64,000 bases of DNA. Origin: a virus. Both the position numbers and the translations under genes were made by a program. The stretch lies in IMG/VR virus record IMGVR_UViG_3300045115_000211, positions 32,001-96,000 of that record. The stretch is one strand, 5' to 3'. The notes beneath the pieces are model-generated. The model saw only the letters and a program-made list of their open reading frames with translations. It did no database searches and had not been told where the DNA came from. Positions 31,255 to 40,772 of the stretch are shown here, piece after piece. The number at the start of each line of letters is the position of its first letter. Positions within the stretch are counted from its first letter, which is position 1.

Positions 31255-31626
31255 ATGGGCTGCATCGAATATCCCGACATGCCGGCCGACGTCGTGCCAG
31301 ACAAGTGCAGGTCGTGCGACGGGCATTGCTGCAAGATATACGCCGACCACGATCACGGAGGCGGCAGGCCGTGGACGGTGTGGTTCGAGGAGTGGTGCGA
31401 GAACTGGCTCGCCGAGTTCGCCGCGACGGAGGCCGACAAGCGCTTCGTCCCGTTGTTCGATCCGCTTGAGGTCCACATGGGAGGCAACGAGCATATGCTC
31501 GCCGACCTGCGGGCGAGGGGCATCGATCCTGACTCGTGCCAGTACCGGGGACAGTCGGGATGCTTGCTTCCGAGGGAGTTCCGACCGAAGGTGTGCAGGC
31601 TGTATGTCTGCAAGGAGGCTCAATGA
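31255..31626 (+). CDS. CxxCxxCC (YkgJ-like) Cys-cluster protein
   Basis: CRSCDGHCC ... C....GC.....RP.VC..Y.C. Confidence 0.7.
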   Translation: MGCIEYPDMPADVVPDKCRSCDGHCCKIYADHDHGGGRPWTVWFEEWCENWLAEFAATEADKRFVPLFDPLEVHMGGNEHMLADLRARGIDPDSCQYRGQSGCLLPREFRPKVCRLYVCKEAQ

Positions 31627-32267
31627 AAGAAGTTGTTGAGGCGCGGGCGACCATGAAGGTCCGCAACTTCATGCAAGGGGCGGCGATAGGGGTTCTTCTT
31701 CTTTCGATCGTCGTTGGCGTGCTGTGCGCCATCGGGAACGACCGCCGCAAGGCGACCGCCAGGGGCGTCAGGGTCGGATCGTCGAGCCTGTCCGTCAAGT
31801 TCTCCCCCAAGGGCGGCTGCGCCGACGCCATCGTGGCGGAGATCGGCAAGGCGAAGGAGTCCGTCCTCGTGCTCGCCTACTCGTTCACGTCGCGGCCCAT
31901 CTTCGCCGCCCTGCTGGAGGCCAAGAGGAGAGGGATCGACGTCAAGGTCGTCGTGGACGGCGGCCAACTGGAGGTGAGGTCGCTGGTCTGGGAGTCCTAC
32001 TCCAACGGCATACCGACGCTCGTGGACTGCAGGCACGCGATAGCCCACAACAAGGTGATCGTCATCGACGACAGGGTGGTCATCACGGGGTCGTTCAACT
32101 TCTCGGCGGCGGCCGAGAACAGCAACGCCGAGAACCTCCTCGTCATCAGGTCGAAGGACGTCGCGGCGCTGTACGGGTCGAACTGGGCCGAGCACGCTGG
32201 GCACTCCGTGGCGCCGATGGGAGTATCCGACAGGCCGAAGAGGCGCACCATCGAGGAGCAGGAATAA
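31623..32267 (+). CDS. phospholipase D-family nuclease (Nuc-like) with N-terminal TM
   Basis: FSP.GG, AYSFTS, AHNKVIVID, TGSFNFS, NAEN. Confidence 0.9.
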   Translation: MKEVVEARATMKVRNFMQGAAIGVLLLSIVVGVLCAIGNDRRKATARGVRVGSSSLSVKFSPKGGCADAIVAEIGKAKESVLVLAYSFTSRPIFAALLEAKRRGIDVKVVVDGGQLEVRSLVWESYSNGIPTLVDCRHAIAHNKVIVIDDRVVITGSFNFSAAAENSNAENLLVIRSKDVAALYGSNWAEHAGHSVAPMGVSDRPKRRTIEEQE

Positions 32268-32321
32268 TGTTTTCAGGAGCAACTTGCAGGGATTACAGTC
32301 CTTGTTGCCGAATACAAGGAC

Positions 32322-33227
32322 ATGAAGACAAGACTGCAACTGCTCGATGCCCCACATGAAGTCCACGAATCAATACTGGTTGACGAGACAATCGCCAAGT
32401 TTGGCTATGATCCGCGGCTACTCAAGGCGGCCAGCCAGAAGTTGGTAGTCAAGAGGTTTGGTTGCTGCGGACTCGTGGCTGACAGGGGGTATAGAGCCGC
32501 ATCGCAACAGCATTCTTGCCAGAGATGCGCGAACAAGCGTCGCTCGATTGAAACGGCATCCATAAGGTCGGAGCGAATCAAGACATGGCTCAAAACACAT
32601 ACCCACTCCCGCCTCGGCATCAAACATACGGCGGAATCAAAAGCCAAGATGAGCGCCTCTCAAAGAGGACGAGTCATACCTCCAGAGACGCGCATCAAAT
32701 GGATGGGGAAGAAACTATCTCCAGAATCGCGAGCCAAGTTGAGCCAAGCATTGATGGGCAAGCCCTGTCCCCAAAAGGCCTTGGATTACTGGAAGGACCC
32801 CGCTCATCTAGGTGTCAATCATCATCGGTATGGCGTTCGTCCGCCACATGCCCACAAGGTTTGGTACACATGCCAAAATGGAATGCGGATTTGCTTCCGA
32901 AGCACCTGGGAGGCTCGCGTAGCCCGTCACTTCGATGAACAAGGAACAACATGGGAATATGAAACCAAGATGTTCCCAGTCTCGTACGAATGGAACGGCT
33001 CAAGAAAGGAATCAACTTACCGATCTGATTTCTGGTTGCCAAGCCTTGGTTGCTATGTCGAAGTCAAGGGATTGTGGAGAGAAGAGTATGCGACCAAGTT
33101 CAGGGCTTTCCGTGAACAATACCCAGAAGTTGTTGTCGAGGTTTGGGACAGGGCCGTCTTGCGGTCAAAAGGGATCAGAACTGGGTATGTAGCCTATGGA
33201 GAATTCAATGAGGACGACGTACGGTGA
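32322..33227 (+). CDS. NUMOD3 + PD-(D/E)xK endonuclease (free-standing homing-endonuclease-like)
   Basis: HTAESKAKMS; FRSTWE...WEYE...Y.SDFW....YVEVKG; low GC. Confidence 0.8.
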   Translation: MKTRLQLLDAPHEVHESILVDETIAKFGYDPRLLKAASQKLVVKRFGCCGLVADRGYRAASQQHSCQRCANKRRSIETASIRSERIKTWLKTHTHSRLGIKHTAESKAKMSASQRGRVIPPETRIKWMGKKLSPESRAKLSQALMGKPCPQKALDYWKDPAHLGVNHHRYGVRPPHAHKVWYTCQNGMRICFRSTWEARVARHFDEQGTTWEYETKMFPVSYEWNGSRKESTYRSDFWLPSLGCYVEVKGLWREEYATKFRAFREQYPEVVVEVWDRAVLRSKGIRTGYVAYGEFNEDDVR

Positions 33228-33717
33228 GTGTATTTCGGAATTGAAACCAAACGAGGTCATGGTGTTTGGGGCAAATTTATCGGGCTTCCATGGCGCCGGC
33301 TCCGCAGGCTTCGCCTCCTTCGGCGTTCCCGGCAACCGCTGGCGCGAGTTCGACTACGCCAACAAGCCCAAGGGCTGGAAGGGCAAGTGGAACGTCAAGG
33401 GGCAGGGCGAGGGCCTCCAGGAAGGCACCGAGGGCAAGTCCTACGCCCTCCCCACGGTCTGGAAGGCGGGACAGAAGCGCTCGCTGTCGCGCGAGGAGAT
33501 CGTCGGGAACATCCGCAGGATGTACGCCTGCGCCAAGGCCCATCCGCAGTGGCGCTTCCTGGTCGCCGGCTCCACCAGCGGCAGGCTGCTGTGCGGCTAC
33601 TCGCACGAGGAACTGTGTGCGATGTACCGCGTCGCCGGCCCGATCCCGGACAATGTCGTCTTTTCTGTATCATACACGGATATGATCGAAAAGGAGAATC
33701 GAGATGAAGTTGGTTAG
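33208..33717 (+). CDS. phage protein with VFG.N..G.HGAG / G.SYALPT motifs (macro-like family)
   Basis: motif recognition. Confidence 0.65.
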   Translation: MRTTYGECISELKPNEVMVFGANLSGFHGAGSAGFASFGVPGNRWREFDYANKPKGWKGKWNVKGQGEGLQEGTEGKSYALPTVWKAGQKRSLSREEIVGNIRRMYACAKAHPQWRFLVAGSTSGRLLCGYSHEELCAMYRVAGPIPDNVVFSVSYTDMIEKENRDEVG

Positions 33718-34485
33718 GAAGGGCGGTTTTGGAGGAGTCAACCTGTTTGGATACCCAGATCCCGACACGACAAGGGAAAGCCTGGGTCGGGCAATCGAGT
33801 TGGCCGTGATCCGCGATCACAACCTGAAGGCCCCAAGCCACATCATAGCCAGGGGAGAGCCGCTGGTGGATGTCGTCTACCCCGTCGCGAGGAAGATGGT
33901 CGAGGTGATGAGGTCACCCCGTACCAGTATGTCGGACAGGGGTCGGAAACCTCCGACTTCCGCGCAAGGCGCCGCGATTCCGGGGCGGAGGCCCTCGCCG
34001 AGTTCAAGGGGTATTCCGGGAAGGTCGCGAAGGTGTGTCCGAACGTGTGCGGCCAGGGGAACAAGGGGTTCCTGGATCACGTCGTCGCTCCGGTCGCGAT
34101 CCGACCCGACAGGCTGACCAAGTCGTTCTTGAGCAGGTTCCTGCTGGAAAACACCCGGCACATCGTCCGCACCATGTGGATGATGACATTCAAGGACGAC
34201 TACCTCGGCATCGCCGTCAGGGTGCGTGGAGGATTCGAGTATGTCGTGTTCGACGGGGACGTCGCCAGGATGCGTACCGAATCGTTCTCCGACTGCGGCC
34301 TCGGTCTCTCCCACCCGACGAGCGACTGGGAAGGCAAGACCTGCACCAACATACTGCTGAACGGCGTGCCCTTGGCCCATTGCCAGTTGGTCAGGGAAGG
34401 AGTGAACTTCAGGTTCTACTTGCCAGCTCTCATCCGCATTGCCAAGGATGCTGTCGTCGAGAGCGGAAATTGCCCTGCGGGATGA
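33704..34485 (+). pseudogene. frameshifted putative PD-(D/E)xK restriction-endonuclease-like gene
   Basis: coding-like frame switches near 33910 (VEVM / EVTPYQYVGQGSETSDF...AEFK...KVCPNVCGQ). Confidence 0.45.
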
Positions 34486-34489
34486 CGGG

Positions 34490-34518
34490 TTGACTCCGCC
34501 AAGAGCCTGTGGCATAAT
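34490..34518 (+). promoter_or_regulatory. sigma70-like promoter
   Basis: TTGACT-17bp-CATAAT, ATG 8 nt later. Confidence 0.8.
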
Positions 34519-35175
34519 CACCCGCCATGGAAGCAAACCCCATGGCAGTCGATTCGAGCGTCGGGACGCCAGAACCACAAATGGGCGTGGCGTCCGCCGT
34601 CCCGACCGGAGAGCCGATGTTCTGCGAGGTGTCCGTGGTCGACTGCTCCGACATCAGGAGCCAATGGCAGGCACGCTTCTCGGGAAGGTGCCCGCTCGGG
34701 ATGGATCGCCTCCCGCAGCAGCACGAGAGCGACAAGGCGTTCTTCGAGAAGAACTGGAGGGGACCGAAGGACTGGCACGGCCTGCCCTACACCTACGCGA
34801 CCTTCATGCTCCTGCATTGCCCCAGCCAGGCCCCCAACCTTGTCGTCAGGAAGAGGTCCGGGAAGCCGTTCAAGTCGGGCGGGAAGATCGCCCACGTCAA
34901 GCGGCTCATCAGGATCCAGCAGCCGTCGGCGATGCGACCGGGCGGGGTCAGGGAGATCGTCACGAGGCCGGCATACGAGTTCTACGAGGAGCAGGACGGG
35001 TACTTCGTCAACGCCCTGATGTGCGAGGCGGTCGAATGAACAGGAAGGCGCTCAAGGAGGACTTCAGGACGGCCGTCAGGGTCCTGGGATGGCCATGGGC
35101 CATCCTGATGCTCCTCGCGTTCGGCCTGCTCGTCGCCATGTGGCTCGTCGGGCCTCCACATTGGAGCCCAAGACC

Positions 35176-36003
35176 ATGAGACTGATAGCCTCGAACAGGG
35201 ACTACTACGACCATTACGCCCGCGACCGCCGGCTGTCCGACCAGGCGTACAAGTGGGAGCGCAAGCCGCGGGTCGTCCCCATCGACTTCGCCATCCCCGA
35301 GGTCGTCCACAACGGGCTATGGGGGGTCGGCGTCCCGAGGCTCCGGCACGTCAACTTCGACTCCTATGGGTTCGTCGTGTGGTTCTGCGGGCGCCCCGTG
35401 CCCGTCGTCAAGGTCGTCCGCTTCCCCTTCCAAGGCGGCAGGATCGTGGAATACTTCTACGGCTTCGACGAGTTGCCCGATGAAGTGAGGGGGGACAGGC
35501 CGCTCCGCGGCAAGCTGCACGCCAGGTACAGGAACCCCTACCAGCGGTACCAGGACCTGTTCGCCCTCAAGGATGGCTGGGGGAAGGTCGCGTTCGAGTC
35601 GGTGTCGTACTCGGGGAGGGTGCTGCCCAAGGTTCCGGTCGCCGAGATGCACAGGCGCGTTGGCTCGCCCGTCTTCTGCCATCCCACGATGATCGATGAG
35701 CACCTGCAGGAGTTCCACGATGCCGGCGTCGAGATCAAGGTCATGGCGAGGGGCTGGCGCGTCCCGGAGAAGCCCTGCGTCCTCGTCAACCCGGTGCTGT
35801 CACACATCGAGTTCAACAGGGCCGTCAACGCCTTCGAGGCGTTCCAGGAGCTGGAGCGGTACGTGGCGAACGAGATGGCGCCGGTCGACGGGAGAATGGA
35901 CAAGCCCATCCCCGACGCCATCAAGGCGCAGTCGAAGGGCTTCGACAAGATGTCGTTCAGGAGAGAGCCTGGGGGGAAGAGGGGACGAGGACAACGCATT
36001 TGA
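35176..36003 (+). CDS. hypothetical phage protein
   Basis: MRLIAS..DYYD N-terminus; AFQELE..., K..SKGFD..SFR C-terminus. Confidence 0.7.
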   Translation: MRLIASNRDYYDHYARDRRLSDQAYKWERKPRVVPIDFAIPEVVHNGLWGVGVPRLRHVNFDSYGFVVWFCGRPVPVVKVVRFPFQGGRIVEYFYGFDELPDEVRGDRPLRGKLHARYRNPYQRYQDLFALKDGWGKVAFESVSYSGRVLPKVPVAEMHRRVGSPVFCHPTMIDEHLQEFHDAGVEIKVMARGWRVPEKPCVLVNPVLSHIEFNRAVNAFEAFQELERYVANEMAPVDGRMDKPIPDAIKAQSKGFDKMSFRREPGGKRGRGQRI

Positions 36004-36297
36004 TGCGGGCAAGGAGTCCGAATGCCAATTCCAAGCAAAGGGCAGGACGGCCATCACCGAGTTCTGGAGGCTCGGGCCGAAGGCCGCCGACCTCATCTTC
36101 GACAAGCACTTCTCGACCATCGAGCTCGCCACGGTCGCCCTCGAAGACGACGGCATGATCCCGATGGCCGTGACCGGGCTGGAGAAGGTGGCGCGCGGCA
36201 TCGCGTCCCTCGACGGGGCCATCAAGGGGGTCGGGGTGGAGTCCATCCGGGCGCACAAGCACGCCATCATGAGGGCGTACTTCCCGAAGGAGGGCAA

Positions 36298-36660
36298 GTG
36301 AACCGCATCAGGAGCCATGTGTTCCGCGGGCGCCGCTATGCCGTCAGGATAGAGCCGATCGACAGTGGCGTCAAGAAGGCATGCCCGAAGGCCATCGCCA
36401 CGTGCGAAGGTCCTCCGTCGTCGAAAAACAAGGCCATCACCATCGATCCGAAGGTCACGGGCATCACGCTGCTGAAGGTCGCCATCGATGAGGGGCTGCA
36501 CGCCTGCTTGGGGGACCTCGACAACACTGCAGTGGACGAGATGTCGGAAAGCATCTCTAGGTTCCTGTGGCGCCTAGGGTTCCGCGAGACGATGATGGTG
36601 GGCGGGAAGCCAAGCCTGTTCCCGCAGGACGCCCTTGACTCCGGCGTCAGGATGGGGTAG
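36298..36660 (+). CDS. zincin-like small protein (DEGLH in place of HExxH)
   Basis: ITIDP...L..AIDEGLHA...LWRLG. Confidence 0.45.
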   Translation: MNRIRSHVFRGRRYAVRIEPIDSGVKKACPKAIATCEGPPSSKNKAITIDPKVTGITLLKVAIDEGLHACLGDLDNTAVDEMSESISRFLWRLGFRETMMVGGKPSLFPQDALDSGVRMG

Positions 36661-36663
36661 CAT
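36635..36663 (+). promoter_or_regulatory. sigma70-like promoter, leaderless
   Basis: TTGACT-17bp-TAGCAT, ATG 6 nt later. Confidence 0.75.
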
Positions 36664-36669
36664 TCCGCC

Positions 36670-37506
36670 ATGAGCAACAAGCCGATCGATATGATGGACA
36701 CGGACGACCTGGTCAGGGCGTGGGTCCAAGAATCCGACGTCAAGACCCCCCTCGACGAGACGGCATACAAAACCCTCGTGACCATGTGCCGTTCCATGAT
36801 GACCGACCTTCGCGACGTCAGGCGGAAGGGAAACGACGGCAAGTTCGACGCCAAGGGGATGGTCATGCCCGCCTTGGTCTCGTGGTGCAACCGCTTCTCC
36901 ATTCCGTATCCCAAGGACGCCGTGCCCAGGCTCGTGAGCGGGCTGTGCGCCTTGGCAGGCTGGGACAGGCCCAGCCACGCCGACCCCGTCCTAGGAGAGT
37001 ACGGCACGCCCTATTCCGTCGAGGAGGCGCGCCTGATGGCGGAGGAGGGCGGGCTCGACGAGCACCACAAGGAGATCATCCTGTGGTTGTGCGACAGGGT
37101 GGAGCGACTCCAGGCGGAGCTGGCGGCCGCGACGCCCAAGCCCCTCGACAAGCAAGAGGTCCTGCAGGCGAAGCATGGTGCCCGGCTGGAGCACCTCTTC
37201 ATATCGTCCTTCGTGGCGACCTTCCCGGAGATGGCGAAGCGGGATCCGAGGATCAAGGCCATCGTCGACGCCGACAAGCTGACGATGACCCTCGTCGTGA
37301 ACGGCGTGCCGCTGGACGCAGGCAAGGCCTGCCTGGAGTGGGAGAAGCAGAGCGAGCGGATCGTGGCCGAGGCGGCCGGCAAGCTGCTGCTGGAGAAGCT
37401 GGGCGAGAAGCGCAACGCCATCCTGGAACTGATGGACGAGATCAGGGACTCCATCATGGACAAGATGCGGACCGCAGGAATCCGCCTCCCCGAGGACGAG
37501 GGATAG
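36670..37506 (+). CDS. hypothetical protein
   Basis: long ORF, codon use. Confidence 0.65.
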   Translation: MSNKPIDMMDTDDLVRAWVQESDVKTPLDETAYKTLVTMCRSMMTDLRDVRRKGNDGKFDAKGMVMPALVSWCNRFSIPYPKDAVPRLVSGLCALAGWDRPSHADPVLGEYGTPYSVEEARLMAEEGGLDEHHKEIILWLCDRVERLQAELAAATPKPLDKQEVLQAKHGARLEHLFISSFVATFPEMAKRDPRIKAIVDADKLTMTLVVNGVPLDAGKACLEWEKQSERIVAEAAGKLLLEKLGEKRNAILELMDEIRDSIMDKMRTAGIRLPEDEG

Positions 37507-37543
37507 CCATGGGAACCGGGGTGTGACAACAAGGGAGGACACG

Positions 37544-38731
37544 ATGGCAAGCAAGAAGGCGTGCGAACCGGGAATACACAGGAAGCCTGCGAAGATCGAC
37601 TTGAAGGCGTTGGCGGCAAAGCTTGGGGTCGAAAGGATTCCGGTCCCCAAGGCGTTGCCCAGCCTCAAGCGCATGTCAGAAACGGCAGGCCTCACGAAGG
37701 ACAACCCCATCCGGGGGCTGACGCTTGCCGAGTTCCTCGGGATGGTGGTGGAATGCTCCAGCACGATGTGCGTCCTGTGGGTGGAGATAACCCCGCCCCT
37801 CGCCCAGTTCATCCTCGAAAACTTCAACCTCGTCAACCGCAGGTTCAGGCGCCGCCGGTTCCACGACCTGCTCGCCATGATGCTCGCCGGGGAGTTCTAC
37901 GAGACTACCGTCACGGTCAGGTTCGACTCCAACGGGGTCTTCTTCGACGGCCAGCACAGGCTGAAGATGATCGCGCACAGCGGCAAGTCGATGGTGCTCC
38001 CCATCGGGTTCGGGGAGCACCCCCTGCTCGCGCAGTTGAACACTGACACCGGGGCTCCCAGGCTGGTGAGGGACCATGGGTACGTGGCCACCGGGCGCGA
38101 CATGTCGCCAGCCTCGACCTTCATCTCCCGCCATATGTTCCAGAGCTCGCCCGCCTTCGCCAACGGACGGGGGCTTTCCGGGAGGCCGATGTCCACGAGC
38201 GAGACGACGAAGGCATACGAGGACTACTGCGTCGTCATCGAGCGCGCCGCCGACAAGGTGCTGCGCCGCGACAAGCGCCACGGGGTGTGGTTCCCCAAGG
38301 CGGTCGCCGCCGCGGTCGCGAGGGCCTACCTGTCCCATCCGTGGGACGTCATCGACAGGTTCTGCGAGATCATCTGCCTCGACGGATCGGACATGTCGGC
38401 GATGCCGAAGGAGAGTTGGGAGATCGCCGCGATCATGTTCCGCGACGAGGTCAGGAAGCCGTGCTACATCGAGGCAAGGCATGACGAGGATTACGTGCTG
38501 GTCTACGCCCTCGCCGAGCAGGCAATCCACAACTTCATCCACAAGATCACCCCTTCGCGCCTCGCGCATGCCACCAAGGAACTGTTCCCGCTCAAGCAGT
38601 CAACCAAGCTCACGATAAGCCTGGAGGACGACGACAGGGCGATGGTTGAGCAGCGCAAGTCCGTCGCCTATGACGTGCCCGAAGGCAGGATCGTGACGGA
38701 AAGGGCGACCAAGGAGAGGGTCGCCGGATGA
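37544..38731 (+). CDS. ParB/Srx-like DGQHR-domain protein
   Basis: ITP.LA..IL..N..NR, FD.NG...DGQHRL, DTG.PR. Confidence 0.7.
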   Translation: MASKKACEPGIHRKPAKIDLKALAAKLGVERIPVPKALPSLKRMSETAGLTKDNPIRGLTLAEFLGMVVECSSTMCVLWVEITPPLAQFILENFNLVNRRFRRRRFHDLLAMMLAGEFYETTVTVRFDSNGVFFDGQHRLKMIAHSGKSMVLPIGFGEHPLLAQLNTDTGAPRLVRDHGYVATGRDMSPASTFISRHMFQSSPAFANGRGLSGRPMSTSETTKAYEDYCVVIERAADKVLRRDKRHGVWFPKAVAAAVARAYLSHPWDVIDRFCEIICLDGSDMSAMPKESWEIAAIMFRDEVRKPCYIEARHDEDYVLVYALAEQAIHNFIHKITPSRLAHATKELFPLKQSTKLTISLEDDDRAMVEQRKSVAYDVPEGRIVTERATKERVAG

Positions 38732-38966
38732 ACAGGGATTGCCACGGGGATCTGGTCGAGGTCGAGGGACGGACGTACTACCGCTGCATGCTCGATGGCA
38801 AGTTCATGGAGGCCTCGGCATCCATCGACGGCACGGGATGCCCGAACTGCGGGAGGATGGTCGTGTGCCAGCCTGGCGTGAGCAAGACGAACGTCAGGAC
38901 CGTCAAGGAAGTCCAGTTCGACGACCGCCTGGGGTGGGTCAGGTTCGAGGTCACGGAGGCCAAGCG

Positions 38967-39758
38967 ATGATCCAAGGAACCGCGCCGAAGACGATCAGGT
39001 GCCCCTGCGGCAACCTGATGATGTACCACGACCGGGAAGACGACGTGGCCAAGTTCGGGCTGACGGTCGATGAGATCGCCTCCGCGACGGGCGCCATGCC
39101 CATCGTCGACCGGGAGAAGGGCACCGTGTCGTGGCTGTGCCGCGACTGCGTCAACCGGGCGAGGAGGAAGCCGCGCTGGTACAGCGTCAAGGAGCGTCTG
39201 CCAACACTCAAGGATGGTCAGAACGATCGCCAAGTCCTCGTGTGGCTCAAGCGGCCATCCAAAGACATCATGACGGAGGTCCTGTACTACCGGGCAAAGG
39301 GGTTCGCTCCGGTCGAGGAGTTCGGAAACGGCACGGTGTCCCATTGGGCCGAGATGCCCGGCCCATACGACCCGCCCGACGACGAGCTGTACGGCGTCAG
39401 CCCCGAGGACCATTCCAAGGCCCTCTTCGCAGCGTCGCGCGTCATGCTCAGCCCGCACGAGTGGACATGGAAGCAGGACGAGCAGGAGGCGATGGCGAGG
39501 CTGTGCCACTGGGCAGCCTGCCTGTTGCCCCTCCCCAGGCGTCCGCTCCGCTGCTCCCTCTGCAAGGGGACGAGGATCAGGACGACCGAGGACGTCGGCT
39601 ACGACATCGACACGTCGGGCGAGGAGACCCAGCACGAGGACAGGTGCCTCGACTGCGGCGCCACGAGGCTCTGGGGCAGGCGCGCCCATAACTTCACCAC
39701 GCCCACGGTCTGGTGGGGCGAATGGGAAGGCAAAGGAGACGGCCATGCCGACGAATAG
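38967..39758 (+). CDS. DUF551-like multi-module phage protein
   Basis: WYSVKERLP...VLVW...VSHWAEMP. Confidence 0.6.
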   Translation: MIQGTAPKTIRCPCGNLMMYHDREDDVAKFGLTVDEIASATGAMPIVDREKGTVSWLCRDCVNRARRKPRWYSVKERLPTLKDGQNDRQVLVWLKRPSKDIMTEVLYYRAKGFAPVEEFGNGTVSHWAEMPGPYDPPDDELYGVSPEDHSKALFAASRVMLSPHEWTWKQDEQEAMARLCHWAACLLPLPRRPLRCSLCKGTRIRTTEDVGYDIDTSGEETQHEDRCLDCGATRLWGRRAHNFTTPTVWWGEWEGKGDGHADE

Positions 39759-40018
39759 CAGTCCGCTTCCTTGCCCCCGCTGCGGGGGCGAGATGAGGGT
39801 CGGCCACAAGCACGGGAACATGAGGTCCTTCCCTTGCGTCAGCCTCAAGTGCTCGAACTATCCGAAGTCCTGCTCCTGGAGGCTGTCGGTCGATTACAAC
39901 GAGATGGTCGGCTACGCGGCCGAGGAAGTGGCGGAGGAACTGGTCGCCCACTACAACGAGGGAGTCCGCAACGCCATCGCTTCCGGGAAGAGGTAGGCAT
40001 GGGCGTCAGGCTCAAGCA

Positions 40019-40412
40019 ATGACGTTGGCCAGAAAGACGCCGTGGGCCAAGGGCAGGAGGCTGGCTTGGGTCAGCCACGGCGACCAGGCTCACCGTTGCT
40101 GGCACGTGCCGTACGCCGTGCCGCCTAGGACGGCGGTCTGCGGCTACCACATACATCGACAACGTGGAGACGGTCCCCGAGATGGTCACGCAGGATGTGG
40201 CGTCGGGGCTTGCGAAGTGGGTCAGGTGGATTGGCGACAGGCATGCGGCTCCAAGGGTCATGGTCGGGAAGGCCCACAGCAGGGGCATACTGGACGGCCA
40301 AGGATTTCGCGACGCCTCCATCACCCTGCGCGAGCTGATGGGGGACATGCCGGAGGGCTCACGAGACTATGCCGACGTCTGCTCCAGCGGAGCATGGGAG
40401 CACGCCCCATGA
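40019..40412 (+). pseudogene. hypothetical gene disrupted by 4-bp ACAT duplication
   Basis: CAC ATA CAT CGA; removing one ACAT joins the frames as ...GYHIDNVETVPEM. Confidence 0.55.
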
Positions 40413-40704
40413 CGTCCCGGAAGATCGCTCCTGCGACAACCACAGGAAGGCCCACACGCCGCGAGAGGCGGCGTCCATCGTGGACGTCGCCAGGAGGACG
40501 GGTGGCGAGGCGTTCTTCGACGCCCTGTCCTGCCTCGCCGCGGACGGCCTGACCAAGTCCCAGTTCGATCTCATCCGCAGGGCCGCCGCGTCCGCCGTCG
40601 TCAGGAACTCGGCTTGCCCCTTCTGCAAGGGCGAATCCACTGTGCTCGCCGCAAGGGCGAGCGAGGCGTCATGCCGCTGGTGCCTGAGGGCCTGATCTTC
40701 GCCG

Positions 40705-40733
40705 TTGACTCCGCCGCCGTCCTGTGCCATCAT
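40705..40733 (+). promoter_or_regulatory. sigma70-like promoter
   Basis: TTGACT-17bp-CATCAT. Confidence 0.7.
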
Positions 40734-40772
40734 CTTGGCATCGAGACAACCCATCGCGAGAGGAGAAACCAT

